Shown: positions 25,208-25,769 of the stretch, in pieces
How the letters are laid out: every line of letters starts with the position of its first letter
How positions within the stretch are numbered: the first letter of the stretch is position 1
Source of the DNA: a bacterium
Lineage (GTDB): Bacteria > Patescibacteriota > Minisyncoccia > Phycocordibacterales > UBA5272
Direction of reading: 5' to 3'
Assembly: GCA_043719155.1 (NCBI GenBank)
Contig: JAYSUJ010000031.1
Location: 1 to 25,769 of the forward strand
Length of the DNA stretch: 25,769 nucleotides
Translations under genes and position numbers: made by a program
Notes under the pieces: generated by a model
Seen by the model: the letters and a program-made list of their open reading frames with translations, nothing else
Told to the model about the DNA's origin: nothing
Databases searched by the model: none

Positions 25208-25769
25208 AGTGTTAAGGGTATATGGTGGATGCCTTGGTTCTGTATGGCGATGAAGGACGTAGTAAGCGAACGATATGACTTGGGGAGCCCGCTAACGGCA
25301 TCGATCCAAGTATTTCCGAATGGGGAAACCCTATTAAGGTTATACTTAATAACACTAGCATTAATGCAGTGAGCAGACGTGGGGAAGTGAAACCTCTCAG
25401 TACCCACAGGAAAAGAAAATAAAAATAATTCTCAAAATAGCGGCGAGCGAAATGAGAGAAGCCCAAACCGGCGCAGCAATGCAATGGGGTTGTAGGTTAG
25501 AAACGTAGTTATCTAGAACAGTAAAAAAATAAGTAGTTAGATTAAGCTTTTGGAAAGAAGCACCAAAGAGGGTGATAGTCCCGTAATCGAAAATTATTTA
25601 TCTGTTTTGTTTCTATACCTGAGTAATTCGAGACATCAAAAGCTCGGGTGAATTTGCCAGAACTAACTGGTAAGGCTAAATACATACAGAGACCGATAGT
25701 GAACAAGTACCGTAAGGGAAAGGTGAAAAGAACCCTGGAAAGGGAGTGAAATAGAACTGAAACCATATA
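25208..25769 (+). rRNA. rrl: 23S ribosomal RNA, 5' portion (continues beyond window)
   Basis: GTTAAGGGTATATGGTGGATGCCTTGG...GATGAAGGACGT; CCGAATGGGGAAACC; AGTACCGTAAGGGAAAGGTGAAAAGAACCC...GGGAGTGAAATAGAACTGAAACC match conserved 23S domain I strings. Confidence 0.88.

Overview
This is a low-GC bacterial chromosomal window, mostly read on the + strand. By inference it comes from a reduced or streamlined lineage, possibly CPR/Patescibacteria-like. The reasons are a Zn-type S14, no L30 gene between S5 and L15, r-protein genes scattered rather than in intact operons, and a 23S rRNA gene with no 16S upstream.

**Gene content, start to end:**
- A ribosomal-protein/secY block (rpsZ, rpsH, rplF, rplR, rpsE, rplO, secY, adk, map) interrupted by small unknown ORFs.
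- An operon of a 2-TM protein, a bPH_2 membrane protein, a 922-aa Ig-repeat/peptidoglycan-binding surface protein and a 930-aa FtsK-HerA-superfamily (VirB4/VirD4-like) ATPase.
- A convergent TraB/GumN(Tiki)-like gene, then a SIMPL-domain protein.
- rplJ, an inserted ORF, then rplL.
- Two tandem membrane-anchored thioredoxin-fold paralogs.
- A second large secreted protein (peptidoglycan-binding, Cys-repeat, PKD and beta-propeller glycosidase-like domains).
- Two unknown genes, one of them a membrane protein with a Cys-rich tail.
- A GC-rich flotillin/SPFH gene on the minus strand.
- A consensus sigma70 promoter followed by an inverted-repeat-bounded structured RNA element and the 5' end of 23S rRNA.

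**Most unusual observation:** a family of three ~380-410 nt cassettes sits at the S8|L6 junction, the S5|L15 junction (the L30 position) and the L10|L7/L12 junction. Each carries a small ORF of 78-86 aa followed by a strong hairpin. Each is bracketed by 14-25 bp inverted repeats that show compensatory changes and the same G·U-compatible asymmetry in all three copies. This suggests a long-range RNA stem or a MITE-like element family.

No CRISPR array, tRNA or IS transposase was found.
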